Shown piece after piece: positions 10,759 to 24,000 of a stretch of 64,000 bases of DNA. The stretch's first letter is position 1, and each line of letters starts with the position of its first letter. The stretch spans positions 5,890,001-5,954,000 of the forward strand of contig OZ281498.1 of assembly GCA_965637545.1 (NCBI GenBank), written 5' to 3'. The position numbers and the translations under genes were made by a program. The stretch comes from Phallusia mammillata. Its lineage: Eukaryota. Below the pieces are notes generated by a model that made no database searches, was not told where the DNA came from, and worked only from the letters and a program-made list of their open reading frames with translations.

Positions 10759-11785
10759 ATGGCTAGCAGTACGGATTTGGAATCATTACCCGAAAATACT
10801 TACATGATAAGACCTAATTATCAACACAAGTAAGTACGTTGTTACATTGGTTTTGTTGTTCTGATGCTATGTTGCATAATTGTTGTGTACAAACGTTTTT
10901 TAACATTTACCTTGGAAATTGAGGCAACTAATTTTAATTCTAGATTTAAATTAAAAATTTTAGATTTAAAAAAGCAACAGTCAAAGAATGTATTCATCAA
11001 GTTGTAAATGATTGTTTACATGGAAAACAGTACAGTGCAGAAGAAGTTGCAGATTGGACCCAACAAATTTCTAATGGAGTCAAGTTGAAGCTGAAAGGTA
11101 AATTCATTTGTCAAGCATGTGGCATTAGCGATTAGCCATTTTTGAAACATGCTTTTTGGCTTTATTCCTATCAGATATTCAGTGCATTGTAACTGTTTTA
11201 CCATGGACTTAAACTTTAGTCCTTTTGTCAGCCTAAAGAATGTAAATATTAACTGTCATTGATCGATTTGATCCAGTGAATCTTTAAAATTTTCTTGTTG
11301 ATGCTTCTTTAAAATTACCAACCAGTTCTATCACACCCTTCTTTTTCAGTGGTTATTATTTTCTATCCTTAAATTTGTAAGCATGGTTGCCTCCTGCTTT
11401 CCCTAGCAACAAGTCTTGTATCTGTGGTTTAACAGCTATAAACATTTTGTGTGTGCACTACTCGACGTTTTGAAAGAGCCCAGAAATTTGTGACTGTGTG
11501 GACTATAAAGTGCAGCCTTAAACACTGACAGATTTGTGTCTCTTTCAGAAATGGGTTTTGACAGATACAAGTTTGTTGTCCAATGTGTGATCGGTGAGCA
11601 ACGGGGAGAGGGCGTAAAGATGGGCTGTCGTTGCTTTTGGGATTCTGATACTGACAACTGTGCACAAGATGTTTTCATGAATGTAAGCATTTTAGCAATA
11701 TCAATTCTTACATTAATAACAAATTGCTTTTTTTCAGAGCTCCTTGTTTTGCGTCACAGCAGCTTTTGGCGTTTTTTACTACTAA
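10759..11785 (+). CDS. DYNLT2B: Dynein light chain Tctex-type 2B (TCTEX1D2), 128 aa
   Basis: Exons 10759-10829, 10964-11097, 11549-11682 and 11738-11785 splice in frame: PENTYMIRP...KLKEMGFDRYKFVVQCVIGEQRGEGVKMGCRCFWDSDTDN...SLFCVTAAFGVFYY*. Confidence 0.92.
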
Positions 11786-12087
11786 ATGCTTTTGGGTTGT
11801 GCATTGATCACATTATCAACAGATTCTATTTTGTGTATTAAAAACTGTAAAATACTAAGGTTATGTCTTTTTGTATTTAGCAGTGAAATTGCGCAGTACG
11901 AAAAGGTGTAGAAAACAGAAGGGCCTTGCTTGCAACATGTAAAAGCGCATAAACAAGAATCAACTCATTGGGAATGTGCAAAAAATAATAGAAAATAATT
12001 CATGATCGGACTTCGGCAGTGGTCACATAATCCAGTAAAGGTCTCACAAGTTTGTGACTTGTTGAACTTACAGCAGAAAGTAGACAT

Positions 12088-15000
12088 CTACGAGCTAGCT
12101 GTATTTAAGTGTGAGTTAGTGGCACCAAGATTACAAAATCCATTTTCCAGCTTTCTTTCATCATGTGTCTTGTATGTTAGTTTTTTTACTGTCTTGGATG
12201 TGTGTGTTAAACATGGGTCGTGTTTTGTGCAATGTTCGTCATCAGAATTTTGATGCAAAAATGAAGATTTTGTTTGAGGTTCAACGTTGTCATGTAAGTT
12301 CGTAAAGGCAGATTCCATCAAAGGAAACAGTTTTGGGCGGTCACAATTCATTTCACAGTCCTTTTGATCGAAATGTTTTTCTGGTGGAGAAATAGGCCTG
12401 TGTTGTTTGTCGCTCACACAATCCAAAACTGTGTTTAAGCATTTTCCTTTGCCCGTAGAAACTACATCGTCAGGTGCTACACAAGTTGGTGGATTTTGCA
12501 CTGAAGAATTCTGGGTCTTTTCTGTGTATGAGCAACATGGTTCTTCACTATATGAATTTGAATGGTTTGATTTGTGTTTTTTAACAGGACTGGTAGTGCT
12601 TGGTTTTTCCAGCATTTCCGTAGATCCATTGGCATGAACGCGACAATATTTTGATTCCCCAAAATGGCGATTTGCTGGTACCAACTCAACTAAAGGCCAA
12701 GTACTGAAGCTGCTGGGTAGACTTGATTTTTTGTTAGGGACCTGTAAATGTACAACAAAAACGTCAGCTTGTGTCATGTCAACATAGACTACTCATGTAT
12801 GCTTTGCGTTCATACCCAGTTGGTAGAAACGTCTGCCAAAAATGCTGAAGTTGCCATGGTCTTAATGTCCACTGGATACTGTAGTAAAAATTCTCCTCTA
12901 GTGCACTTTGTGTGTTCCAGCATATCGTTCAACAGGTGATAGTTGGAACGACTAAAACATTAAATTCATGTCAAACATACTAATAAATCAAGTATGTAAC
13001 CATTTTGGACAATACCCACCTGGCAGTGGCTGTGGGCTGGACATAGTATGTTTCGAGGGGAGGTTTATCAAATATTTTAAAGTCCATAAAATCACATTCA
13101 TCGGAGCTTGGTGGATCCGCAGTGACATCATAAACATGTGGAACCTTTTTATCTGAATTGACAAATTGAACCAAAAGTGAACATCTTGTTAATACCCCTT
13201 AAGCAATCAACAAACCGAGAAGATTGGATGGTGCTATTTTCCACTGTAAATCGGGATCTTCAGCAAGGTTTTTGTCCAGTGGCTTCAGTTCCTTTAGGTA
13301 ACCTAAAAAGATTGTTATTACATACATAAGGGTGTCCAGTAATTACTTTTAATGGACTTTTTGTAATGAAACAGCTGAAAAATATAACTTTTGTGATAGA
13401 ACTGACTGACAAAAAATCTGAATCCCACCACTGGATGTTACCACTATAAAAATTTGGCATACACAATTACAGTGAATCCATTTACGTTTTTTTGCAGTTG
13501 CTAAAACCTATCCAATATGTCTGCTTTAAACCCAGTCAAAAGAGCTCTTCTGGCAAATTCTTGATATAATGCCTGGCAGCAACAGTGTATGCCCCATACA
13601 GTTAAAAGGCATTACAAAATCCAACCTGACAAAAATTTATCCATGGCTGGACTTCGAATCATATTTCTGATGGACCTTCCTGAAAATTTGCTTAACAATG
13701 GATCAGCACCACAAGATAGCAGAAGCCTGGTCATCTCCAAATGGTCATACTCAATTGCATCATGGACAGGTCTAGAATATAAAAACATGTTGTAGACCAG
13801 TGGTTCCCAACCTGGGGTTCGCGGACCCCCAAGGGGTCCGTGAGATGGTTTCAGGGGGTCCGTGGAGGCAAACATTTGTAGCAGTATTAACAACAGTACA
13901 ATATTTTTAAGTTCCCAGACCGTTTTTACAGTCCTGTATATAAGTGCAAACTGTTTATCAAACCCTTGGATTAGGAAAACTTGTGATTGTTACCTCCATT
14001 GTGACATCACAACAGACATTAACAATATAATTCTTAGTGCTTTGTTTTAAGTATTGTACACTAGAAAATTTATCCCTTTTAGTGCATTGACTGCTACACT
14101 ACAGTAACTTTATTGAGATTAAAGGACTTTGAAGGTTGAATAAAATTCTGCCCCCAAAAAACGTATAATAACGTAAAATGTAGGAAACGACAATAGACTA
14201 AATTACGTTGGGGGTCCGCGGACCGATAAAGTTTATAAAAGGGGTCCGTGACTACAAAAAGGTTGGGAACCACTGTTGTAGACGTTAAGCATTGAATTTA
14301 TTATAGGGTCAATTACAATGTACCAGAACACACAATATGAACTGTCATTACATGTCAATTTTAATCCAACAAAAACAATACAAAACATAAAACCTGCATT
14401 ATTTACCTAGTTCCATCAGTGGAATTAAGATTTACATCAGCACCATATTCTAGCAGAAGTCTTGCAGTTTCAAGCTGGTTATGCACACATGCCTCATGCA
14501 AAGCAGTGTAGCCCGCATTATCTTTGCTGTTGACATCAAAACCCCTTTCAAGGTAATGCTGAAGGTTTTCCTTTAAAAAAATCAAAATTTACAGCTACAG
14601 CCAAAAAACAAATCACACAACAGATTCTACTTACCACATAGCCAAACCTAGCAGCTTTGTGCAGCACAGTTTCACCAATTGCAGAGTTGCAGGTTAATTT
14701 CTTCAAGTCTAAAACAAGTAAAATAGTGTGTACAGTGTAGATATGGACCGATATGTTTTTTTAAGGCTGAACTGATATTTAAAGCTGATATTTTATTTGC
14801 AGTGAAAGATCTACTTTTATACCTATTCAAAAAACGACATGTTTGAAATATAAAAGTTAGATGATTGTACAGGGAAACAAAGTTCATGCTTTGCTATACT
14901 TATAAATAAATACAAACGAATGTAACAACTAACAAAAGCCATGACTGAGCATCAAAGCTTTTGAAGTCAACTTGCCTCAATGCTAATCAGCAAGTGGTCA

Positions 15001-18000
15001 ATGCACAAGGCAGAGACATGGTTGTGCCAAGCAAACAAAACACAGTCACAATCATGCCATTTATCCATGACAAAAAGGATAGTACAGATAATCTGTAGTA
15101 TGTCGAACATTGGCACCAATATTTGGTCTATCCCTAGAACAGAGACTTGCTGAAATCACCCTCACTAGCATTATATACCACAATGGACAATCACAGTGAC
15201 AAATCTAAAATCTTGGGCAAAACTTCAGGTAAAGGCAGTGGTTCTTAACCGGTGGGAAATTTCATGTTTTCAGGGGGAAATTATGTAAGTCAGGCTAGTG
15301 GGAAATTTCATGTTTTCAGAGGGAAATTATGTAAGTCAGGCTAGTGGGAAATTTCATGTTTTCAGAGGGAAATTATGTAAGTCAGGTAACCAAACTCGGG
15401 CCCGAGGGTCGGACCCGGCTTTGAATTAATCGTTGAAAGTTACTTTCCTAAAATTTTTCCGCAACAACATGTTAGATTAATTTTTAACCTAGTTTTACAA
15501 GACGCATAAAAATCCAAGGCCGTTTGTTACATCACAGATATGTCTGAAAGTATCAATGACTTTGCTATTGTGTGCGAATAAAGGCCTTTTCTTTGTTGAT
15601 TGTCATGCAATAAATGACTATTGCAAGCAGAGGAAACTCTTCAATATTCCAACAACCTTAATCTCTCACAGAAGCACTATTTAAACTAAATAAGATTGCA
15701 GTATACCTTTGGGGTTCCAGACCAAATCGCTTCACAAAATTATTTCAATTAAAGAATATTTTTTTTTTGTTAACGTAGGGCACAAAACATCATTACAAAA
15801 ATAACAGAGGGGGAAATTCGAAGTTGGTGATTGACTTTAGTGGGAAACCACACCAAAAAGGTTAAGAACCACTGGGTAAAGGCAACAACAAATTGTGTTG
15901 TGATGTGCACCAAATCATAACAAACTTCTTGGTCCTTACTTTGTGGAATAGGTGATGGGTGAGGCGTTAAACGTTCCTTAAAAAAGCTTAGTGGTGTTGA
16001 AGGTCTTGACATTTTGCCATGCTGGAATGATCTGAAGTCATTAAAGGAAGATGCAAATTTGGAAGTTGTTGGGGTATCTTCGAGGTTATCCAAACAAGCA
16101 CTTTGATCGAGATTCTGTTCATCTTTGATCTTGAACAACAAAGTAATTGTTAAATGTGATGTATTAGGGATGGGTCAAAACTGAATATGTTCTGTTTGGT
16201 TGAACACTGAGCATATCATGTAACAAGGTGCATTGAGACGTTGCAAGCATTCCCAGTTCCATGCTAGTTTTGTAGCTTTCCAGGGACCTTATGTCACCAG
16301 TGTGTTTTAAGTTATACAGGCCCCAGAAGTTTGTTTTACCACTACCTTAACCCATATAAAAACAGGCATTTTTGTTCTTGGACACCCTTTCAAACACTAG
16401 TTTCATATGTTAGCAGGGCATGAATATGCAAATTTAATGCTCAAGTCAGTTTCTGCAACTGCTCGGCCAAGCACCATGCATCAAAGACTGCGACTTAGGT
16501 TCTGGCTCAGTTTGGCCCATCCCTACAACGTATTTTTTGGTGCTTTCTACCTACGTTGATTGGTGTTTGGTTCAACAAAGAAGGCTTGTTTGATGTTTCA
16601 GGCAAGGGACTGCAAGGCCTGGATGGTACTTCTTGTTTAATTGCCTGTGTGTAAAAATAAAAATAATTTATGTCCAGTATTTAAAATACACTAAGTTAAA
16701 AGGAGGTTTGCAAATACAGCTCAACTGACACACTTGACACTTTGTTCTTTAAAATACCTTGATTTGTGTAGAATGCAGTTAATTTTTTGGTTATGAACTT
16801 CTATGACAAAGCAATGTGCCTAATCTGTTTAGCAATACTTAACGGACTTTTTTTCAACGCTAAGATCTTATAACAGGTAAAAGAAATATCTCCAAAACGT
16901 TAGTTAAAGTACCTGCACAGTAGCATGGGTTTGCATCTCATTCGGACTTTTTTGAATGCAAGTTTCTGCTGGTTTGTCAGCCCTGCAAAATTAAATATTG
17001 ATTTACTTTTTCTTTCATGTCTTCAATGACCTGCAATTTCAATTTCACTTACTTGTGTGTGAAATTTTCTGAATGTTTCTTTTTTGACGATTTGACTTTG
17101 CCAACTTTCTCTTTCAAAGGTGATGTCAATTTGTGTTTTTTAGAAATTTTGTCAGTTGTTTTGTCAGTTGGCTTTTCTCCTTCAGTAAGTATTTTTGGTT
17201 TTCTTCCGCGCTTCTTTTTAGGCTTCATGGGCGTGTCTAACAATTGACTTCCACCTAAAGACTCTTTAGAATCCTTTGGGCTTTCGTTTGGTACCAAGTT
17301 GGCACTGGGTGTGTAAGCTGTAACAATTTGTGGCTTGCTTGCACCTAATGCACTTTTGAGTACTTGTGCCTCTTTTTCAGTCAGTTCATCACCAAAGAGG
17401 TTAGATGTCTGCTTTGGTACGTCTGCATCTTTCGAGCAATCCTTTGGTGGCAATACAGGGGTTGTACCAGTGTATAACTCCAACAATGTAGCAGATATTA
17501 CTGGTGTTTGTTTTTTGTCTGGATGACCTGCAACAGGTTTGTCATGTTTTATAAGCAACTGCTTTTTGTCTACTGCATCCAATGAACTTTGTTTTTTATT
17601 CTGTTTTGCATCAAGTTGTTTGTCATGTTTCTCATGACGTGCATTTTTGAGTTTTTGATTCAAGGATCGTTTTTGTTTTCGTTTCAACTTTTCGTGCTTT
17701 GACTTTCGAGTGAGTTTATCAGACCTTGATTTTTTTAGTTTGTCGTTTAGGCGGGAACTACTGCTCCCGCCCTTCATCTTCAACCTGCCCCTCTCCAAAT
17801 GCTTTCTAGGTCTTCTAGATCTTGTTTTAGTTTTTTTATCTTCATTTTCTTCCGAATGAGATAACTGTTCCTTGAATGATGAACACGATTCACTTGAAAT
17901 TGTTCGTGATTTTTTGCTTTTAGATTTTTTCAGGAACTTCTGTTTTGGCTTAAGACCTTTCGCTTGTTTTTGTTTGACCTTTTTCTTATGTTGTTTTTGA

Positions 18001-21000
18001 TCAGTATCACTAAAAACGTCCATGGAATGATCAGAGCTGCCATTAAATGATCGACTAGTTCCTCGTGAAATATGTCGCTTCGGTCGGCGCTTCACTAATC
18101 CACTTTTCTTTCCCTTTATTGGCTTAATGACTGGACAACAAAAATCTTCATCACTTGAATCATCATTTTCAGGGTCTGTGCTTGAAAAGTCGTCATAAGT
18201 GGCCCACAGATATTCATCATCTAAAAAACAACACAGAATTTAAAAGGATAGCTTTTACCATATTATCATGCACTTTAATCATAAACATAACTGCAAAAGA
18301 ACTGGTGTATATAGAATGCATCATGCAGATGTTACAACAATCTCCGTTGTCACCATTAGTGCATGATGTGTTCTATATACACCAGTTCTTTGGCAGTGAT
18401 TAAATTACTTTTCATGTCCATGTAAAGTGTTAAGTATCATGCACTGATGCACTATTTAAACCAGGTAACCAACTAAGTCGTTACATAAAACATATGACAC
18501 AATCAAGGTTTCAAAAGGAAAATCAAAAGGAAAAGTTTCATACAAATCAAGTGAACATGTCCAGTCCCAAGAGCATTGACCAGTTGTAAAACAAACCTGT
18601 CTCTGAAATCTTTTGTCTTTTCTCAGATTGTGGCATATTGTCTTTGGATAGTTTTCTCGTTGTATCAGTAGACACTGAATCCACATCGGTGCTTTGAGAT
18701 CTTTGCTTCTTTTCAGTACATTCCCCATCATCTAAATACACGATAAGGTTACTCACATAAAACTAAAATTACAAGTGGATATTCTGTACACAGAGATGAT
18801 TTAAATATTGTTACCTATAGGTGCTTTTCGTTTTCTTCCTTTCTTAGATTTTGGTTCTGTAGCAGCACACTCATCACTGGACTTTTTCTCATTAGGTTGT
18901 TCACTTAGCTTGTTTGCACTTTCCCATTTTTCAGTTGTGTCCAAAGTATCTTTCGCCACACAGGGTTTACTTGAGGTCGTTTCCAAAGTTGGTGTGTCAT
19001 CTGGATTACTTGTTTTATGGATAACTGAACCACGCTCAGTCACACCATCATTATTTGCAGATGTGTCTTTGTTTAGAATGCCTCCGTTCACATAAGAGCC
19101 CTGATCATCCCCAGCTGGCAGTTTTACAGCGTTTGTGGTTTCTAGCAAGATTTCATGATTCTTGGCAATACTGCTGTCAAATTTATTCCAAGATTCAGAT
19201 AGTGGTCTAGCAACAAGTCTGTCATCTTGAGTATGTGTAACTTGGGATGGTGTTTTTAATACTTGGTTGTGTGAAGGATAAGCAACACTGTGTGACCTGT
19301 ACTTAGATGGTTGGTCAACAGAGCTTTGGGAATATTTGTCTGTTTCCTTAGAGTTCCAGCCATTCAAAGGTGCTGAATTCGCCATAACAGAGCCCACACT
19401 ACTTGAAACAACGCTGTTATGCTGCTGGTTAGTAGGATATGCAGGGTGCATTTTGGAGAAGTTTTGGTCTTGTGGACATTTTGCAACATCTGATTCAGAT
19501 GGGTTGTACCTCACGTTCTGCCTAACTGCTGAAAAAGAACTTTCTCCGTTATGGTGTGGTGTATAATAAGACACACTTGATGTTGATGGAGTTGTAATTG
19601 AACTAGCCGACATACTGTGGGCAATGTTAGGTGGATACTTTCTAGGCAAATCAGCTTGTTTGTAAAAGTCCGTTGGAATTGGAGCTTTGATGCGTGTAAC
19701 ATCAATGCTTTTGGAAAGCATGTTTGTATCTTGATAAGGGGAACTGGCTGAGGAAATGTAAGCTTGCTTTGCTAGTTCGCTGGAGTTCCGGAACGGCTTT
19801 ATTATTGGTGAAGATGAATTTGGTCTAGCCAGGTGCTCAATATGAAATGAAGTCTTATCAGTGTGGTGTCGCTTAACGTCGTTGTCAATTCTATGATCCT
19901 GAGGTTTGGGAAGTTTTCCAGACATATAGTTGTCATATATACTGGTGTCATTTCTTCTATAGTTCCTGGATAACGATGAGTCATTACAACTCGCTGGTTT
20001 GCTGTTTTGCAGATGTTGATAATTCAGATTTGTCCTATCTTGATATTGTTTCCCAGTGAGTGGTGACTTTCCATCCCGCATTTGAGTGACATACTTGGAT
20101 TGAGATACATTGTAAGACGTTGAAGTACTGTTAGAGGGCCGTGGCATGTGGTCAAACGGACTTGGAAAATGGTCATAGGAGGGTTGAGCGTGAGGGGGAA
20201 CATAGCCTGTATTAGTGTGTGGTTTTTCATATCCACCTAAAACATCAGATCTTATTCTGCCCAGCGGTTGATTGGAAAATTGGGCAGGAGGATGACTTAG
20301 GTCATACATTTGACCCAACTGTGGTGGTGCTAAGAGATGAAATGGTGCATAGGGTTGATACAAAAGATGCATATCAGGAACAAGTGACGATGCAGGAGCT
20401 CCAGGCATCATCCCATTTTGCATCCATCCAGGGTAGTTCTAAACATTTAAGAAATTTTTTTGAATCAAATTTGCATTATTATCATATTCTAAGCAAGTAG
20501 AAAAATCGAGTGATATGTAAAGTACGATTTTATCAAATAGTTCTTCCTTTAGAAATACCAGAGTAGAAATACCTAAATAGTAACATAGGATAGTTTCAAC
20601 ATTTCCTTTTTACGTACCATAGTTTGCTTGCTTTTTGCCAGATTTTGATTCAACTTATCCACAGATAGATTGTTCATTTTCAAGTAGTCTTCAGGAAGTT
20701 GTGCCATGTTGTCTCTGTTTGCAAAATTATTAATTTTCTAATGTATATTCCTAAATACGTTGACCAAGCATTAAACTATTGAGTGTATACAGGTGTATTT
20801 CAACTAGGCATTTCGCATTAAACCTACTTTTTCGATGGGTCGGCGCCATAGCGAAGTAATAATTCAAACACCTTGGTATCTCCACATTTAGCAGCAATAT
20901 GCAAAGCAGTGCTTCCGTTCTGAAAAATACAAACAAACCTTGCTGCAATAATTCGATTGGTGACAAACGCCGCCAGGCAAAGCGATCGATTTTTGGCCAA

Positions 21001-24000
21001 CAGCGGGCGCTGCTACCTCGCAAATAAGCGAAACTTTTGTGGACGGTGACGCAACCCGACAAGCTGCGCGCGTGTGTGTGTAGAAGTAGCGCGCGCTGCG
21101 CATGTGCGCTTCCTGTTCGATCACGCGTGACCAAGTAGAAAAAGGAGTGAGAAAAAGATTAGTCTACAAGCGCGAGAGCAGCCGCGCCGATGTGACGTAG
21201 CAGCTTTGTGAAGGGAATAGGAGCGAGTGGGCTTGTCGTGAACGGTAAACCAGTTTTGGCGGCTGAAACTGTAGGTAACTAAGATGGCTGCAGTTTTTGT
21301 GCGTTTCGAATGTAGCAGCGCAGCAGTTGATTTACTATATTTTTAACATAGAAATTTATTTCGTTGTTTTTAGCATTTTGCTATCCAGCCACATACAAGT
21401 AGCAAAATGAAGGCTAATGTTGATAGGATAGTGGCTGAAATTGAACAACAGCATCATGGATGGGAAAGACTATTTCATGAGATAAAGCTTACAGCTGCCA
21501 ACTATGAACTGCCTTGCAAAGTTGCCAAGCTACAAGTTAACCGATTGAGAAACCGATATCGTGATGTCAGTCCATATGACCACAGCAGAGTAAAACTGTT
21601 AGATGGACCAAGTGATTACATCAATAGCAGTTTGGTTGAAGTTGAAACTGCAGGGAGGCAATACATTCTGTCACAAGGGCCACTTCCTTCAACAGCAGGT
21701 CATTTGTGGCAGATGGTGTGGGAGCAAAATTCCAAAGCTGTTATAATGCTAAACAAAGTTATTGAGAAGGGTGCCCGAAAGTGTCATCAATATTGGCCCC
21801 TGGAGATGGAAATGCCAATGACTTTTGCAGAGGATGGGTATGAAATTGAACTCATTTCTGAAGACAACATGGCAAATTTTATTGTTCGGACATTAAAACT
21901 GTCCAGACTGGATTCCAGTGAAGAAGACAGAATCATTTATCAGTTCCACTATATCGCATGGCCTGATTTTGGCGTACCAGAATCTCCCAATGCTTTTCTG
22001 GAATTCTTAACCTGTGTAAGAAGCAAAAAAGTGCTGGAAAATGATGTAGGACCACCTGTGATTCATTGCAGTGCTGGTATTGGTCGTTCGGGTACATTTG
22101 CACTTGTTGACACATGTCTTGTCTTCTTGGAAAAAAACATTCCATTCGATATAAAGGACACTTTGTTGGAAATGAGGAAGTATAGAATGGGACTCATTCA
22201 AACTGCACAACAATTGCGATTTAGCTACCTTGCCATTGCCGAATGTGCAAGAAGGTTAATGGATGATAAGGATGGTCATTTCACATCCAGCAGTGTGTCA
22301 GATTCTGAGTCTGACGACAGCGAAGATGGAAGCCAAAAGTCGGATGGTGAGCATCAAGAAAACGGTGATGGTGTTTCAGAGGAAAAACCAGAAAACAACA
22401 GGGATTCGGAATCGAAAGATAATAGAAAGCGTCATGCAGAAAAAGATGCTGAAGCGACTGAAGAAAAAAGGGGAAAACAAGAGGAAACTACCCTACCTGT
22501 CACAGAAACTGTTGAAACTGTACCTAAAGAACACAATAACAACGTTTCAGATCTTCGACGCAGACAACGACAGGAGAAAACTGAAGCAACATTCAAAAAA
22601 ATTGAGGAAATTAAAAGTAACATGCAAAGCAATGAAAAACGACCTAGTTGGAGACCATACATTATAGGTGGCCTGATTGCAGGTGTTGTAGTAGGCCTGG
22701 CTGTGCGTTATTGGTTTCGCTAAACAATAGCAGCAAACCAGGTTCTTGTCACTACTGGCAAACAGAACATGTGAGTTTTATTTACTGCACATGTACACCT
22801 AACACAGGCATAGCAGTTTGCCATTCCACTCTTCGGAAAACTGAAAATGGAGATGACAATGTATCAATCCGTTCATGTTTTTTTGTTGTTGTTCGTTACG
22901 CCACCCAAAATATATTGGCCCAATAACATGTATGTTTGTAGCTGAGGAAAATGCAATAAATGTAATTATATCCGCAGCAAAGATACAAAATTTTATTATG
23001 ATTTCAATCATATGTACACCGTCTTTTAAATCCACATGGTTTTGACAAAGTGAAATAAAATATACTTGAATTTTAAAAGTATACTTTTTAAGTTTAGTTA
23101 CTGTTTATATACCTCAGAAAAGTTGACATCTACTCCTTTCTCTATCAGACGCTTGATTTCTGCTAGGTTTCGCTTTTTTATTGCCTCCATAAAGCTGCAA
23201 AAAAAGAAACGGACATTAAAAATTGAAAACAGCAACAACTAAGTAATAAAATATTTTTAACCAGCACACTAACTGATAAAATATACGTTTTTAAATGAAA
23301 AAATGGTTATGTTGCGCACTTTCGTAAAGTTTATTGAACATGATAATCAATGGCAAGGAAGGGGTGCATTCGATCAACAACGGTTATTGACTGCATAAAG
23401 AATTTCAAACAATCGCAGCACGGCAAGGAAAGCGTCATTTGTGGGTCACATCACGAACTTATGGACTTACTCTAAACTCACTATTCAAAACAGCACAAGT
23501 GAATGTAAAAGTTTGCAATAAAGGTGGCAAGTTTGGACAAACCAAATTTACGCAAGAGGGCTATGTGCGTCACATATTTTGTGGGTTTCAGAATACGCCC
23601 TTAACTAAAACACGAGCAGTTCTCATAAACTCGGCTCTTGGCAGTGAGCCCATGGGTCAAATTTCGATAAACCGGATGGAAGTTACGGAAATCGTGCAAC
23701 ACAATGCAAGTAAATCCACACAATGCTATGTGACAAACCCGTGTGTGTCAGTTAACGTAAATTGCCCGCTGTGGGGTGTTTACGCGAAATCGAGCGATTG
23801 TCCAAGGCCTTTCTCCAATGTGTTTTTGGCCTCGCTTGATCGGCCGTTCGTCACAGCGCTCGGTGTCGAGAAAGGATTGATGGCATGACAGCAACGGCAG
23901 AAATTAAGTTCGTTTGCGAGGTTATCTTGTGAGATCACTGCTTTCCGAAACAGGCGTGACTCGGTCTTCAAACACGCGCAAAAAACAGCAAGACATTTGC

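Noticed and set aside
13303-13626. Putative extra BCOR exons (EFARRALL..., [10 protein letters not shown])
   Set aside because: Direct splicing 13627 to ~13302 gives FLSGYLKEL...W, which matches BCOR. The extra segments are unnecessary and lack a clean in-frame exit.
20751-21134. 127-aa minus-strand ORF
   Set aside because: It lies over the CpG-rich promoter, has no homology cues and is explained by GC content.
23439-23888. 149-aa plus-strand ORF in BCOR intron 1
   Set aside because: It has a non-ATG start, no recognisable domain and no splice support.
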